64,000 nt of DNA from Candidatus Omnitrophota bacterium (GTDB lineage Bacteria > Hinthialibacterota > Hinthialibacteria > Hinthialibacterales > Hinthialibacteraceae). The stretch lies in NCBI GenBank assembly GCA_013177805.1, contig JABLXU010000004.1:34447-98446 (forward strand), in the 5' to 3' direction. Made by a program: the position numbers and the translations under genes. Positions 10,486 to 19,142 of this stretch are shown piece after piece; within the stretch, counting starts at the first letter, position 1, and each line of letters opens with the position of its first letter. Below the pieces are notes generated by a model. The model worked only from the letters and a program-made list of their open reading frames with translations, did not search any database and was not told the DNA's origin.

Positions 10486-12071
10486 GATCTTGCCCGTGCG
10501 GTCAGGGCGAACGCAGCCATCAAGGTTAGGGCCGGGACCAGGAGTAACAACAGACCGATGGACGCTGTCCGTGATTCGCTTCCGTAATGCAGCAGATTGT
10601 AATATTCCACCGCCAGCGTATCGCCTCCGGGAGGATACAGCAGGATAGTCATCCCCACATCTCCCCACAGCACCAACATCACCAGCACCGTGGCCTGCAA
10701 TCCCGGACGCCACAGCGCGGGCAGCAACAACCAGCGGACGTAGGGGAACGCCCCGACATGCAACAGCGAATCGAATTCCCGCTGCCGGATTCCGTAATAC
10801 CCCCACAACAAAATTCCTGCCCCGTATCCCAAAAGAAACGTATGAGTTATATATGCCGCCAACAACGTGGCCGCCATCAGCGCGTCCGGCTGTACCCCGG
10901 GCCAATACGACCGGATTTGCAACCACCCCGCCCCGATCAACACCCCGGGGAGAACGAACAAAGCCAATAAACAGGCCGGGACGAGAGGATGATGCTTTGT
11001 GTTGAATGCCGAGGTGAACCATGTCCCCAAAATCACTACCCCGGCCGCCGCGGTGATGGCGTACAAGAGGCTGCGGATCACGATGGGCGCGTGCTCCGTC
11101 GTGACACGCCACATCAAAGATACCGATCCGGCGTGGCGCATCAGGCTGGCCAGCGGGACCAGGATGGATAGGGCAAACACCAGCGCCGTGCCGGCCAACG
11201 CCGCCGCGCGTAAGCCAGATGATTGCCAGCGGTAAGGCGGTTCCCCGGCGTGGATCGCCAATCCCCCGGGCGCCCTGGGCATGCCCCAGGCCATCGGCAC
11301 AACCACCAGCAGGTAAGGAAGACAAAGCAGAAAGGCGCTCCAATCGCTGAACCGGGCGGTGAACTGAATGAAGATTTCCAAGGGATACACCTGGAGTTGA
11401 AGCAGAGAAGGGACTTCAAATTGCAGCAGTCCCAAATAAAAAATCACCGCGCCGGCCGTGATCAGCGGCATCCGCCATGCTGGCCAGACCACCTTGCGGA
11501 ACGCCGACCACCGGCTCATGCCCAATTGGGCGGCCTCCATTTGCGAGCGCTGCGGGCCGGCCGCCATGGTTAACAAAAGAAACGCGATGGGCCACAAGCA
11601 CAGGCCTAGAATCCATCCCCCGCCGAAGACGCTATAAAGAATCCGCGAAAGGGTGCCATGGGCGTCCCACAGGATTCTCCCCTCCCCGGGGTGCTCCAAC
11701 CGGGTGATGAATATCATCCAGGCCGAGGCAGCGCCGAAAGGGGGATAAGACAAAGGCAGCAGCGCCAGGACTCCCAGGAAAGGCCGGGTTTTCGGAGAAA
11801 GGCCGCAATACCCCCCATACACGATCAGGCCGAATCCCAACGCGAAGAAGGTGATCCAAAAGGCCAGCTGAATACTCGTGACCAGCCGCTCCAGGGCGTA
11901 GCGGTCGAACACACGCCACGAATTCCAAAATGCCCCGGCTTTGTCCGGCCCGGAGGACACCACCAACACCAGGACCGGCAGAATCAGTACGATCATCAGG
12001 GCGCCCCGGAGAAACCATCCGCCCTGGAAACGCTGTTTCACCGGAAGATCGTCCGCAACAATTCGAGACAC
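10482..12071 (-). CDS. ABC transporter permease, fused two-domain (FbpB-like)
   Basis: 529 aa and about 12 hydrophobic helices, with two permease halves as in Fe(III)/thiamine-type importers. The GTG start at 12071 overlaps the binding-protein gene by 34 nt, so the start is uncertain. Confidence 0.8.
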   Translation of the reverse strand: MSRIVADDLPVKQRFQGGWFLRGALMIVLILPVLVLVVSSGPDKAGAFWNSWRVFDRYALERLVTSIQLAFWITFFALGFGLIVYGGYCGLSPKTRPFLGVLALLPLSYPPFGAASAWMIFITRLEHPGEGRILWDAHGTLSRILYSVFGGGWILGLCLWPIAFLLLTMAAGPQRSQMEAAQLGMSRWSAFRKVVWPAWRMPLITAGAVIFYLGLLQFEVPSLLQLQVYPLEIFIQFTARFSDWSAFLLCLPYLLVVVPMAWGMPRAPGGLAIHAGEPPYRWQSSGLRAAALAGTALVFALSILVPLASLMRHAGSVSLMWRVTTEHAPIVIRSLLYAITAAAGVVILGTWFTSAFNTKHHPLVPACLLALFVLPGVLIGAGWLQIRSYWPGVQPDALMAATLLAAYITHTFLLGYGAGILLWGYYGIRQREFDSLLHVGAFPYVRWLLLPALWRPGLQATVLVMLVLWGDVGMTILLYPPGGDTLAVEYYNLLHYGSESRTASIGLLLLLVPALTLMAAFALTARARS

Positions 12072-13075
12072 GGTTCCATATTCTGGGCCACTTGGTTGTA
12101 ATCCACCGTGATGGTCTTGATGGTGGAGAGGTCCGGTACCCCTTCCGGCCGGGGTATGGCATCCCGCACGGGGATCTGCTTCGCGCGGCTTTGCGCCAGC
12201 TGTTCCTCCACCGCTGGAGAAAGAAGGTAGTCGATCAGTTTTTTCCCGTTTTCGGGATTGGGACTGCCCTTGATCAAGGCGACGGTGTTAGGAATGACCA
12301 ACGTTCCCACCTCTTGTTCGCCCTGATCGACAAAGGCCATCCGCACAGGTTTCCCTTCTTCCAGAGCCGCGTAGGAATCGTCAGTGTCCGTCAATCCGTA
12401 AGCGATTATGCCTTCCACCACCGCGTCCCGCACGCTGGCGTTGCCTGGGAACATTTTGATACCCCGGCCCTGGATGGTTTTGATGATGAGGGTGAAACGC
12501 TCTTTGCCCCATAGGGTGTACAAGGCGGCCATATGCGTTGCCGTGGTCCCGAATTGCGGCGTCGCCATCCCCGCTGTTTTCCCTTGATAGATATCTTTTC
12601 CCATTGCCGGCACGGAGGCCGGAGTTTCGGTTTCCGGCACCAGGGTTTGGTTGATCAGCATGACCCGCGCCCGCACCGAAAAGCCTGTCCAGTAGCCTTC
12701 TGGATCTTTGTACTGATCTGGGATGTCTTGCGCCGCGGGAGATGTGTACGCTTCCAGCACGCCTTCATTTTTCAACTGAATTGTCCGCACGATCTCCGAA
12801 TTCCAAAAGACATCCGCCTGGGGATTGCGTCTCTCCTCGAGCAGGCGGTTGAACAGGCCGGTGGTCTTGGTCATTTCCGAATCGTAGATCGCGTTGACTT
12901 TCAACTCCGGATTCTGTTCTTGATACGCGGCGATAACCGGCTCCGCGTAATCCCGGTCCACCGAGGTGTAGATCGTGACGGCATTCGATGCTCCGCCGCA
13001 CCCTTGAACGCCCAACAAAACCATTCCAAACAAGAGGACCGCTATCCCCCCCGAAATCCAGGACTGCCTGATCAC
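12038..13075 (-). CDS. Periplasmic solute-binding lipoprotein, Fe(III)-type (FbpA/AfuA-like)
   Basis: Lipobox-like LLGVQGCGG. The overall SBP pattern fits (TIYTS..., FWNSE, GTLVIPNTVALIKG). The GTG start at 13075 has GAAGGAGAG 6 nt upstream. Substrate is inferred only from family resemblance. Confidence 0.75.
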   Translation of the reverse strand: MIRQSWISGGIAVLLFGMVLLGVQGCGGASNAVTIYTSVDRDYAEPVIAAYQEQNPELKVNAIYDSEMTKTTGLFNRLLEERRNPQADVFWNSEIVRTIQLKNEGVLEAYTSPAAQDIPDQYKDPEGYWTGFSVRARVMLINQTLVPETETPASVPAMGKDIYQGKTAGMATPQFGTTATHMAALYTLWGKERFTLIIKTIQGRGIKMFPGNASVRDAVVEGIIAYGLTDTDDSYAALEEGKPVRMAFVDQGEQEVGTLVIPNTVALIKGSPNPENGKKLIDYLLSPAVEEQLAQSRAKQIPVRDAIPRPEGVPDLSTIKTITVDYNQVAQNMEPCLELLRTIFR

Positions 13076-13170
13076 GGATGACTCTCCTTCTTCGATTTTT
13101 ATTAAGAGTGTTATTCTTCTCGTTCTCCTTTTGCGAGAACGCCAGGAGAGGAGATTGAAGTAAAAGGCTT

Positions 13171-13207
13171 TCTCTACCCTGATCCCCTCCCAGAAGGAGG
13201 GAGAATG
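13171..13207 (-). repeat. GC-rich intergenic hairpin repeat, copy 2
   Basis: The reverse complement reads CATTCTCCCTCCTTCTGGGAGGGGATCAGGGTAGAGA and aligns with the other four copies. Confidence 0.55.
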
Positions 13208-13271
13208 AAGGCGGCGGGAATGAATATCACCATCCCGCCATCCTGATTATTTCTGTCCCGACGCAATGGCC

Positions 13272-14951
13272 TCATTGTCCAGGAGATTGCGATTCTTGTC
13301 CACCGGCTTGAGTGGTGGAGTCCCTTTCGGTAGATGCCTCTCCGCTCTCGATGGCGTTGAAATAGGCGCGCACCTGGTAGCGGAACGGCAGGGGAACCCG
13401 CTCTTTCGTCAAGGCATCCTCGGCCGCTTGCTTGTATTCGAACAGCACATCTCCGGTGGCCGTGATGCCCGATTCGCCCTTCAGGGATTGCCCATCCACG
13501 GGTAATACTCCCAGCAACGGTCCGGGATTGAAACTTCCAGGCAATTGGTCAGGGTGCAAGGTGGTATCTGTCTCTTCCACCGGCGCTTTCCCGCCGCGCC
13601 CGATGCCCGGTCCTCCCATGCCCAGTCCCTGCTTCCGGCTGTCTCCCGGCTGCCAGGGACCCGTGCCATACGCGCCCAACCCCTTGCCTTGACCACTGCC
13701 CGAACATGAACCGTTGCAATACCCTTCCCCTTCCCCGAACAACAAACCGCATTTTTCGCAGACGCCGAATTTCCCCGACAGGGCGAACTTGGAAGCCTTC
13801 AGGTCCTTCAAGGCCCCCTCCAAAATCTTAATTTGCTCCATCAGGTCCTTGATGTCCAACAAATCCAGTTCCGCGAGGTTGAGCGGATTCAGCGCCGCGT
13901 CCAGTTCGCCCGCGTTTAGCAATTCCGCTCCGCTTTTCAGGGATTTCGCCAGGGGCAGGTTGGCGTTCATCATGGAAGCCAGTTGTTTCAGTTCTTCCGA
14001 AAGTTGTTTCTGGCTGTCCGCGTCGAAACTTTCCATTTTCAGTTGCTTCTGGATTTTGTTCAGTTCCTGCGCCGCTTTTTCGAAATGGTTCTCTTCGAAA
14101 GCCTCCATCAGCGCGCCGGTCATTTGAGGCTGAAGCGGGGACTTGTTTTTGTCCAGGGTGGGCTGCGACTCGGCCAATTCCAGTTTCTTCTGTTCCCATT
14201 CCTGCTCCAGAGAGGAAAGTTTGGCCAATGCCTCACGTTTATCGATTTTTCCTTTGGACAGATCGGTGGCCAGTTCCTTGATTTGCTTGGCCAGTTCCGA
14301 AGCCATTTTCGATTTTTCTTCCTGGGCTTTCCGTTCCAGCACCAGCCGCCGCTGCTCGAGCTTTTGAAGTTCCTTCTTAACTTCGGTCCGTTCCATGGCC
14401 TGCGCTTGCGAATGGTCCCTCCTGGTGAAGGCGTCCCATTGCGGCAACACTACGAGCACGAACAACAATACCAACGCCGGAACCCACAGCCACCGCGCCT
14501 CGGAAGGGTGTTGCAAGGGGAACGCGCGTTTCAACTCAGCCCCGGCAATGGACCGCACGGCGTCACGCAGCACCGCCTGGGTCCATTCCGGATCCAGCCG
14601 GCTGTTTCCATCACCGGTTATGTGGGACCGGCCGAATTCCATCGCCGAGGAGATCTTCTCTTTCAAGCGCAGACGTTTGTCGGCAAGCAAGGCGGTCTTT
14701 TCCAGGGTTCCCCATTGCCGCCAGGCCAGAATTCCGGCCACGGGGAGGGCCAGCAAGATCAACGGGATCAGAATCCAATGCGCTTCTTCCCCGATCGGGA
14801 AGAACTTGAAAAAAACAGCGGCCCCGCAAGCCAAAACCAACGCATAGAAAACGGATTTCACCAAGTAGAAATAGAGATTGACGCCCCCCGCCCGCCAATG
14901 CGCCCGCCGAAGGTATTTATAAATAGCCTTATACGCCTCTTGGGAACTCAT
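13272..14951 (-). CDS. Membrane-anchored coiled-coil protein, paralog-like to the 1286-aa Bat-cluster protein
   Basis: The start at MSSQEAYK (ATG 14951) has AAGGGAGA 5 nt upstream. It has N-terminal TM helices, a long K/E/Q coiled coil and a Cys knot (CEKC...CNGSC). The C-terminal motif PFRYQVRAYFNAI matches ARYQKQVAEYFKAL of gene 21614..25474. Confidence 0.6.
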   Translation of the reverse strand: MSSQEAYKAIYKYLRRAHWRAGGVNLYFYLVKSVFYALVLACGAAVFFKFFPIGEEAHWILIPLILLALPVAGILAWRQWGTLEKTALLADKRLRLKEKISSAMEFGRSHITGDGNSRLDPEWTQAVLRDAVRSIAGAELKRAFPLQHPSEARWLWVPALVLLFVLVVLPQWDAFTRRDHSQAQAMERTEVKKELQKLEQRRLVLERKAQEEKSKMASELAKQIKELATDLSKGKIDKREALAKLSSLEQEWEQKKLELAESQPTLDKNKSPLQPQMTGALMEAFEENHFEKAAQELNKIQKQLKMESFDADSQKQLSEELKQLASMMNANLPLAKSLKSGAELLNAGELDAALNPLNLAELDLLDIKDLMEQIKILEGALKDLKASKFALSGKFGVCEKCGLLFGEGEGYCNGSCSGSGQGKGLGAYGTGPWQPGDSRKQGLGMGGPGIGRGGKAPVEETDTTLHPDQLPGSFNPGPLLGVLPVDGQSLKGESGITATGDVLFEYKQAAEDALTKERVPLPFRYQVRAYFNAIESGEASTERDSTTQAGGQESQSPGQ

Positions 14952-15172
14952 TGGATTCTCCCTTCGGTTCCATCCCGTTTCCATTACAATCATACTGTAT
15001 TTTTGTTACAAACGTCAACTAAATCCGGCCGCCCTTTTGCTGTCCCGCCCATTATATAACGAGGAAGAAGTGAAAAGGGGAGAGGAATTTTTGCTACTCC
15101 GGAAAGTGGTACTTTTCCCAGACAATAAGCTGGGTCACCCCATCAATTAGACTTTCTGTGCCCTGCCTCCAG

Positions 15173-15206
15173 TTCTCTCCTCCCTGGGATCCGGGGTGAG
15201 GAAAAA
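15173..15206 (+). repeat. GC-rich intergenic repeat, copy 3 (degenerate)
   Basis: Sequence TTCTCTCCTCCCTGGGATCCGGGGTGAGGAAAAA. It shares the TCTCC..GGGA..GGGGTGAGG core with the other copies. Confidence 0.4.
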
Positions 15207-15458
15207 TCCCTCTGTATTAATAAACCTTTGTTCGGCAAAAAATCCAGGTAAAAATGGGAGTGCCTGGCTCCCGCCGGGCCAAATGAAATGGATCCACCCG
15301 ATGATACCCGCGGCTCACCAGGAGGTTCGCCTCCCCAATCAGAATCTTTGGGAAATGATCAATCCTCTGGATGAACCCCGGAGTGAAAGAGTATGGTATG
15401 GGCGGGTCCCGGTGTCCGCAGGGAAAACATGTTGCCATTTTCAAAGGAGGGCTTATTC

Positions 15459-17786
15459 ATGATGCAATGGCCGAAGCGTTTGGGGCATCTCTTCCTGATT
15501 GGCTTGTATGTCTGCCTGGCATTCGCGGGCAAACCTTCCCTGGCGGAGGAGGAGCCGGATGGTTGGAAAGACATTACCCTGGAGTGGATCTACCAAAAGG
15601 AGAAACTCGGCATCCCGCCAATCGCTCCCGATCAACCCCATGATCTGCAATGGTCCACGGAGGGACATTTACTTGCCTACCTCGTATCCTACGCGACCGA
15701 AGCGCCGCACCTGGTGATTTACGATCCTGCCCAGGATGCCACGGCGTTTTTGATTTCCCCCTCCGCGCTGCATGACGCGATCATCCGCCTGGCGTCTCAG
15801 CCCGAAGGCGCGTCCATCGCTCCCACACCGGCGCCTCGCCCGTTTCCCCAAGAAGCCACCGCCATCGCCCGCATCGACGGGTATGAATGGCTGAAGAAAT
15901 CCGGCGGCCTGCGGCTGCATGTGGGCGGAAAACGATACATGTGGGACCTGAAAGCCAACCGTCTTCGGGAAGACGTGCGCCCCGAATTGCCTGAAGGTGA
16001 AAAAAACGATGTCACCTTCTCCCCCAACGAGCGTTATGCCGCCTACACCCGCGCCAACGACCTGTATGTGTACGATCTCGAGCAGAAGAAGGAACTCCGT
16101 CTCACCCACGATGGCGGCGGGACGATTCTCAACGGTCGGATGACCTGGGTCTATTGGGAAGAACTGCACTACCGCCGGAGCTGGCGGGCGTTCGAGTGGT
16201 CGCCGGACAGCACCGCCATCGCCTACCTGCAATTCGACGAAGCGGGGGTGTCCCTCTATCCCGTGGTGGACTATTCCAATCCCGTCCCCGCCACCCGGAT
16301 GATGCCGTATCCCAAAACAGGGACTAAAAATCCCGCCGTGCGTGTGGGAGTCGTGCCGCTTTCCACGCGGGAAACGCGGTGGATCGACCTTGGAGAGCCA
16401 TATGAGTACATCGCCGAGATGGCCTGGCATCCCGGCGGCCAAATCCTGGCCATTCAAACCCTGAACCGGGCGCAAACCCAATTGCGGCTCCTGTTCGCCG
16501 ATCCCGTCCGGGGAACCAGCCGCGTCATCCTGGAAGAGAACGATCCCGCATGGGTCAACGCGCACGGCGGGCCCTATTTTCTGGAGAAGGGCAAGGGATT
16601 TTTATGGCTGTCCGAACGCACCGGGTACCGCCATCTCTACCGCTACTCCGAGGATGGGAAGAAGGTAAAGGCGCTTACCCAAGGCGAGTGGGAAGTGAAT
16701 CCCAGCCTCTGGGAAATCTCCCTGCCCATCGATGAAGCCAAGGGCCGGGTCTTTTTCAACGCGAGCAAGCCATCGCCTTTGGAAACGCAGTTTTATTCCG
16801 TGTCTCTCCAAGGCGGTAAAATTCACCCGCTCACGCGCGAGCCGGGAACGCATGACCTGACATTTTCCTCAGACCGCCGCTTTGCGCTGGACCATTTCAA
16901 CAGCTTATCAGTCCCGCAGCGTGTTCAGGTTTTGGATGACAAGGGCCGGATCATTCGGGTCCTGGGTGAGCGGACCATGGAAGACTATGCCCCCTACCGG
17001 ATCAACATCCCGGAGATCGTGGAGCTGAAGAACGCCGATGGCCTGACGTTTTACGGTAGTCTGCTGAAGCCTTTCGATTTCGATCCAAACAAGAGATATC
17101 CGGTTATCCTGCATATGTACGCCGGGCCGGGCGGCCGGGTGGTGGCCAACCAGTTCGGCAACCGCAGTCCCCTGGATATGGCCATGGTCAACCGGGGATT
17201 CCTTCTGTTCCGCTTCGATCCCCGGGGGACGACGCACCGCGGGCGGGCGTGGGTCAACGCTATCCACCGCAACGCCTGCGACATTCCCCTCCAAGACCTT
17301 CGCTTCGCCGTGGAGTATCTCAAAAGCCTGCCTTATGTGGCGGGAGACCGCATCGGCATCTGGGGTTGGAGCAACGGAGGCTACATGACCTGCGCCGCGA
17401 TGACTAAACTCCCCGGTGTGTTCCGGGCGGGCGCGGCGGTGGCCCCGGTGACCGATTGGCGGTTGTATGACACGATCTACACCGAACGCTACATGGGACT
17501 GCCGGACGAGAACGCGGAAGGCTATAAAGCCAGCGTCCCGGTGAATTTCGCGAAGCAGTTGGAAGGCGCGTTGCTGCTGGCCCACGGTGTCAGCGATGAC
17601 AATGTGCACATTCAGAACATCTACAGCCTGGTGGATGCGCTGATCGAGGCGGAAAAGAATTATGAACTATACGTTTACCCCCAGCGCGATCATGGCATCG
17701 GCGGCGACGACCGGCAGTATCACCTCTTCCAGCGGATTATTGAGTTTTTCGAGAAAGAATTGAAACCGGATCCGACCGGAAATTAA
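15459..17786 (+). CDS. S9B-family dipeptidyl-peptidase IV-like serine peptidase
   Basis: Signal peptide MMQWPKRLGHLFLIGLYVCLAFA, then a beta-propeller N-domain. The catalytic triad blocks are GWSNGGYM (Ser), GVSDDNVH (Asp) and RDHGI (His). AAAGGAGG lies 8 nt upstream of ATG 15459. Confidence 0.9.
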   Translation: MMQWPKRLGHLFLIGLYVCLAFAGKPSLAEEEPDGWKDITLEWIYQKEKLGIPPIAPDQPHDLQWSTEGHLLAYLVSYATEAPHLVIYDPAQDATAFLISPSALHDAIIRLASQPEGASIAPTPAPRPFPQEATAIARIDGYEWLKKSGGLRLHVGGKRYMWDLKANRLREDVRPELPEGEKNDVTFSPNERYAAYTRANDLYVYDLEQKKELRLTHDGGGTILNGRMTWVYWEELHYRRSWRAFEWSPDSTAIAYLQFDEAGVSLYPVVDYSNPVPATRMMPYPKTGTKNPAVRVGVVPLSTRETRWIDLGEPYEYIAEMAWHPGGQILAIQTLNRAQTQLRLLFADPVRGTSRVILEENDPAWVNAHGGPYFLEKGKGFLWLSERTGYRHLYRYSEDGKKVKALTQGEWEVNPSLWEISLPIDEAKGRVFFNASKPSPLETQFYSVSLQGGKIHPLTREPGTHDLTFSSDRRFALDHFNSLSVPQRVQVLDDKGRIIRVLGERTMEDYAPYRINIPEIVELKNADGLTFYGSLLKPFDFDPNKRYPVILHMYAGPGGRVVANQFGNRSPLDMAMVNRGFLLFRFDPRGTTHRGRAWVNAIHRNACDIPLQDLRFAVEYLKSLPYVAGDRIGIWGWSNGGYMTCAAMTKLPGVFRAGAAVAPVTDWRLYDTIYTERYMGLPDENAEGYKASVPVNFAKQLEGALLLAHGVSDDNVHIQNIYSLVDALIEAEKNYELYVYPQRDHGIGGDDRQYHLFQRIIEFFEKELKPDPTGN

Positions 17787-17911
17787 TGTAAGTAATGTAA
17801 ATTCCTATGTAAAAAATTGGGATTTCACCGGGTTATCCGGTACGTGTGTGTTTTTTCAGATCACCGGTTCTCCTCTCTTCAAAATGATCAATGATGACCA
17901 TACCCAAATTT

Positions 17912-17947
17912 CCTTCTCCCTCCAGGAGAGGGTTAGGGTGAGGGAGG
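17912..17947 (+). repeat. GC-rich intergenic hairpin repeat, copy 4
   Basis: Sequence CCTTCTCCCTCCAGGAGAGGGTTAGGGTGAGGGAGG. It lies in the convergent spacer between the DPP4 gene and the Bat-like operon. Confidence 0.6.
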
Positions 17948-18086
17948 CCCGGAAAGGGGAGTATTCATTCCATTTTTGAATTAGAGTAAGTAGTGATCAT
18001 TTCTCATTTCAGAAAAAGGAGAATTTCTGCCTTACAGGATTGCTCTTTTATTAGCGATTGCTGCAAATCAACCTCGCTCCGTACAG

Positions 18087-19142
18087 TTACTCTTCAGGTG
18101 CTGGCAGCGTGCAGCTCCGGATGGCGCGGTTGGCTTCGGCGGCCCGGATGAGCAAGATTTCCAACCGGGAATAATAATCGTCTGTCTCCAATGAGGCTTT
18201 CCGGCTTTTCAATTCTTCGATCTGGTTCATCAGGGTCACATAACGCTCCACCAAATCCGGGGGAACGTAGGGGGGAAAGACATAATCCTGGAGGAAACAC
18301 CGGGCAGCCACCTTGCCGTCCCGGCTGGCGGATGAAGATTCCTGCACAGCGGTGGAAACGGTTTCATCGGATAGAGTCAACGGTAACCGTGTTCCCAGGC
18401 CGTCGCCGTTGTCGTCCAGGAGGGCATGTTCGGTGGCGATCAGGTCCTGCTCTTTGTACCAGGCTTCGGTCAGCGCTGCTCCTTGTTGGCAGGCCTCGAG
18501 CACGGAAATCCGCTCGTCCCGGTCCTGGTCCGCGCTGCCTTCCTCCAATCCTTTCAGAAAACCTTCCATGAACTCGGTGGCGTTGCGTTCGTCCACACTT
18601 TTGGTCGCCGTGCAGAGGATACGACCCGGGCCGCTCAACACGTTGATGAACCCCGCGCTGCTGGAGGTGGAATTGATCAGCACGATCCGCCCGGCAGGAA
18701 TTGGATCGAGATACTCCTTGAATTCCTTAGCCGTGATGTCTTTCCCTGGTATCTGAAAGCGGGACTCCTCTCGCAAATAACTTCCGTGACCAATGAGGAA
18801 CACAAACAACTCATCGCTGGCCGAAACAATCCCGGACAGCGCAACTAGTTGCCGCTGGATGTTTTCCTTATTCGATACCCAGATAGGAGCGTCCGGCACG
18901 CTGGGCGATTCGGTCAACAGATGAACATGTTCCCGCGGGTGATTCAGCCGTTCGATGAGAACGTCCCGCAGCCGTTCGCCCCACGCGGCAAATTTCTGCT
19001 TGTATTCCTCCGTCCCGCCACTGCCGCATAGGATCAACGAATACTTCGCTGCCTCCGCGTCATTGAGGAGGCGGCTCCACACCGGTAGTACTAAAATCCC
19101 GATTACCATCAAAACCACTCGTTTCCTGGCCGGTTGAATCAT
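18087..19142 (-). CDS. Legumain/C13-fold-like secreted protein lacking the nucleophile Cys
   Basis: The start MIQPARKRVV (ATG 19142) overlaps the upstream stop as ATGA, and a signal-like helix follows. FVFLIGHGSY...IPGKDITAKEF...RIVLINSTSSSAGF...ILCTATKSVDERNATEF aligns by eye with legumain FIYFTDHGS...VFYIEACESGS...VYATTAANPRESS. Confidence 0.55.
   Translation of the reverse strand: MIQPARKRVVLMVIGILVLPVWSRLLNDAEAAKYSLILCGSGGTEEYKQKFAAWGERLRDVLIERLNHPREHVHLLTESPSVPDAPIWVSNKENIQRQLVALSGIVSASDELFVFLIGHGSYLREESRFQIPGKDITAKEFKEYLDPIPAGRIVLINSTSSSAGFINVLSGPGRILCTATKSVDERNATEFMEGFLKGLEEGSADQDRDERISVLEACQQGAALTEAWYKEQDLIATEHALLDDNGDGLGTRLPLTLSDETVSTAVQESSSASRDGKVAARCFLQDYVFPPYVPPDLVERYVTLMNQIEELKSRKASLETDDYYSRLEILLIRAAEANRAIRSCTLPAPEE

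Noticed and set aside
9427-11343. A 638-aa ORF suggests a much longer ABC ATPase.
   Set aside because: The N-terminal ~285 aa are an out-of-frame read through the permease gene (Arg/Gly-rich, no motifs). The real start is MNRNKSF at 10485, which overlaps the permease stop as ATGA.
13076-13271. Hairpin-rich leader upstream of the ABC binding-protein gene, considered as a TPP or cobalamin riboswitch.
   Set aside because: No conserved riboswitch core is present (for example CUGAGA...ACCUGAUCUGGAUAAUGCCAGCG). The structures are explained by the GC-rich repeat copy and a hairpin after the upstream gene.
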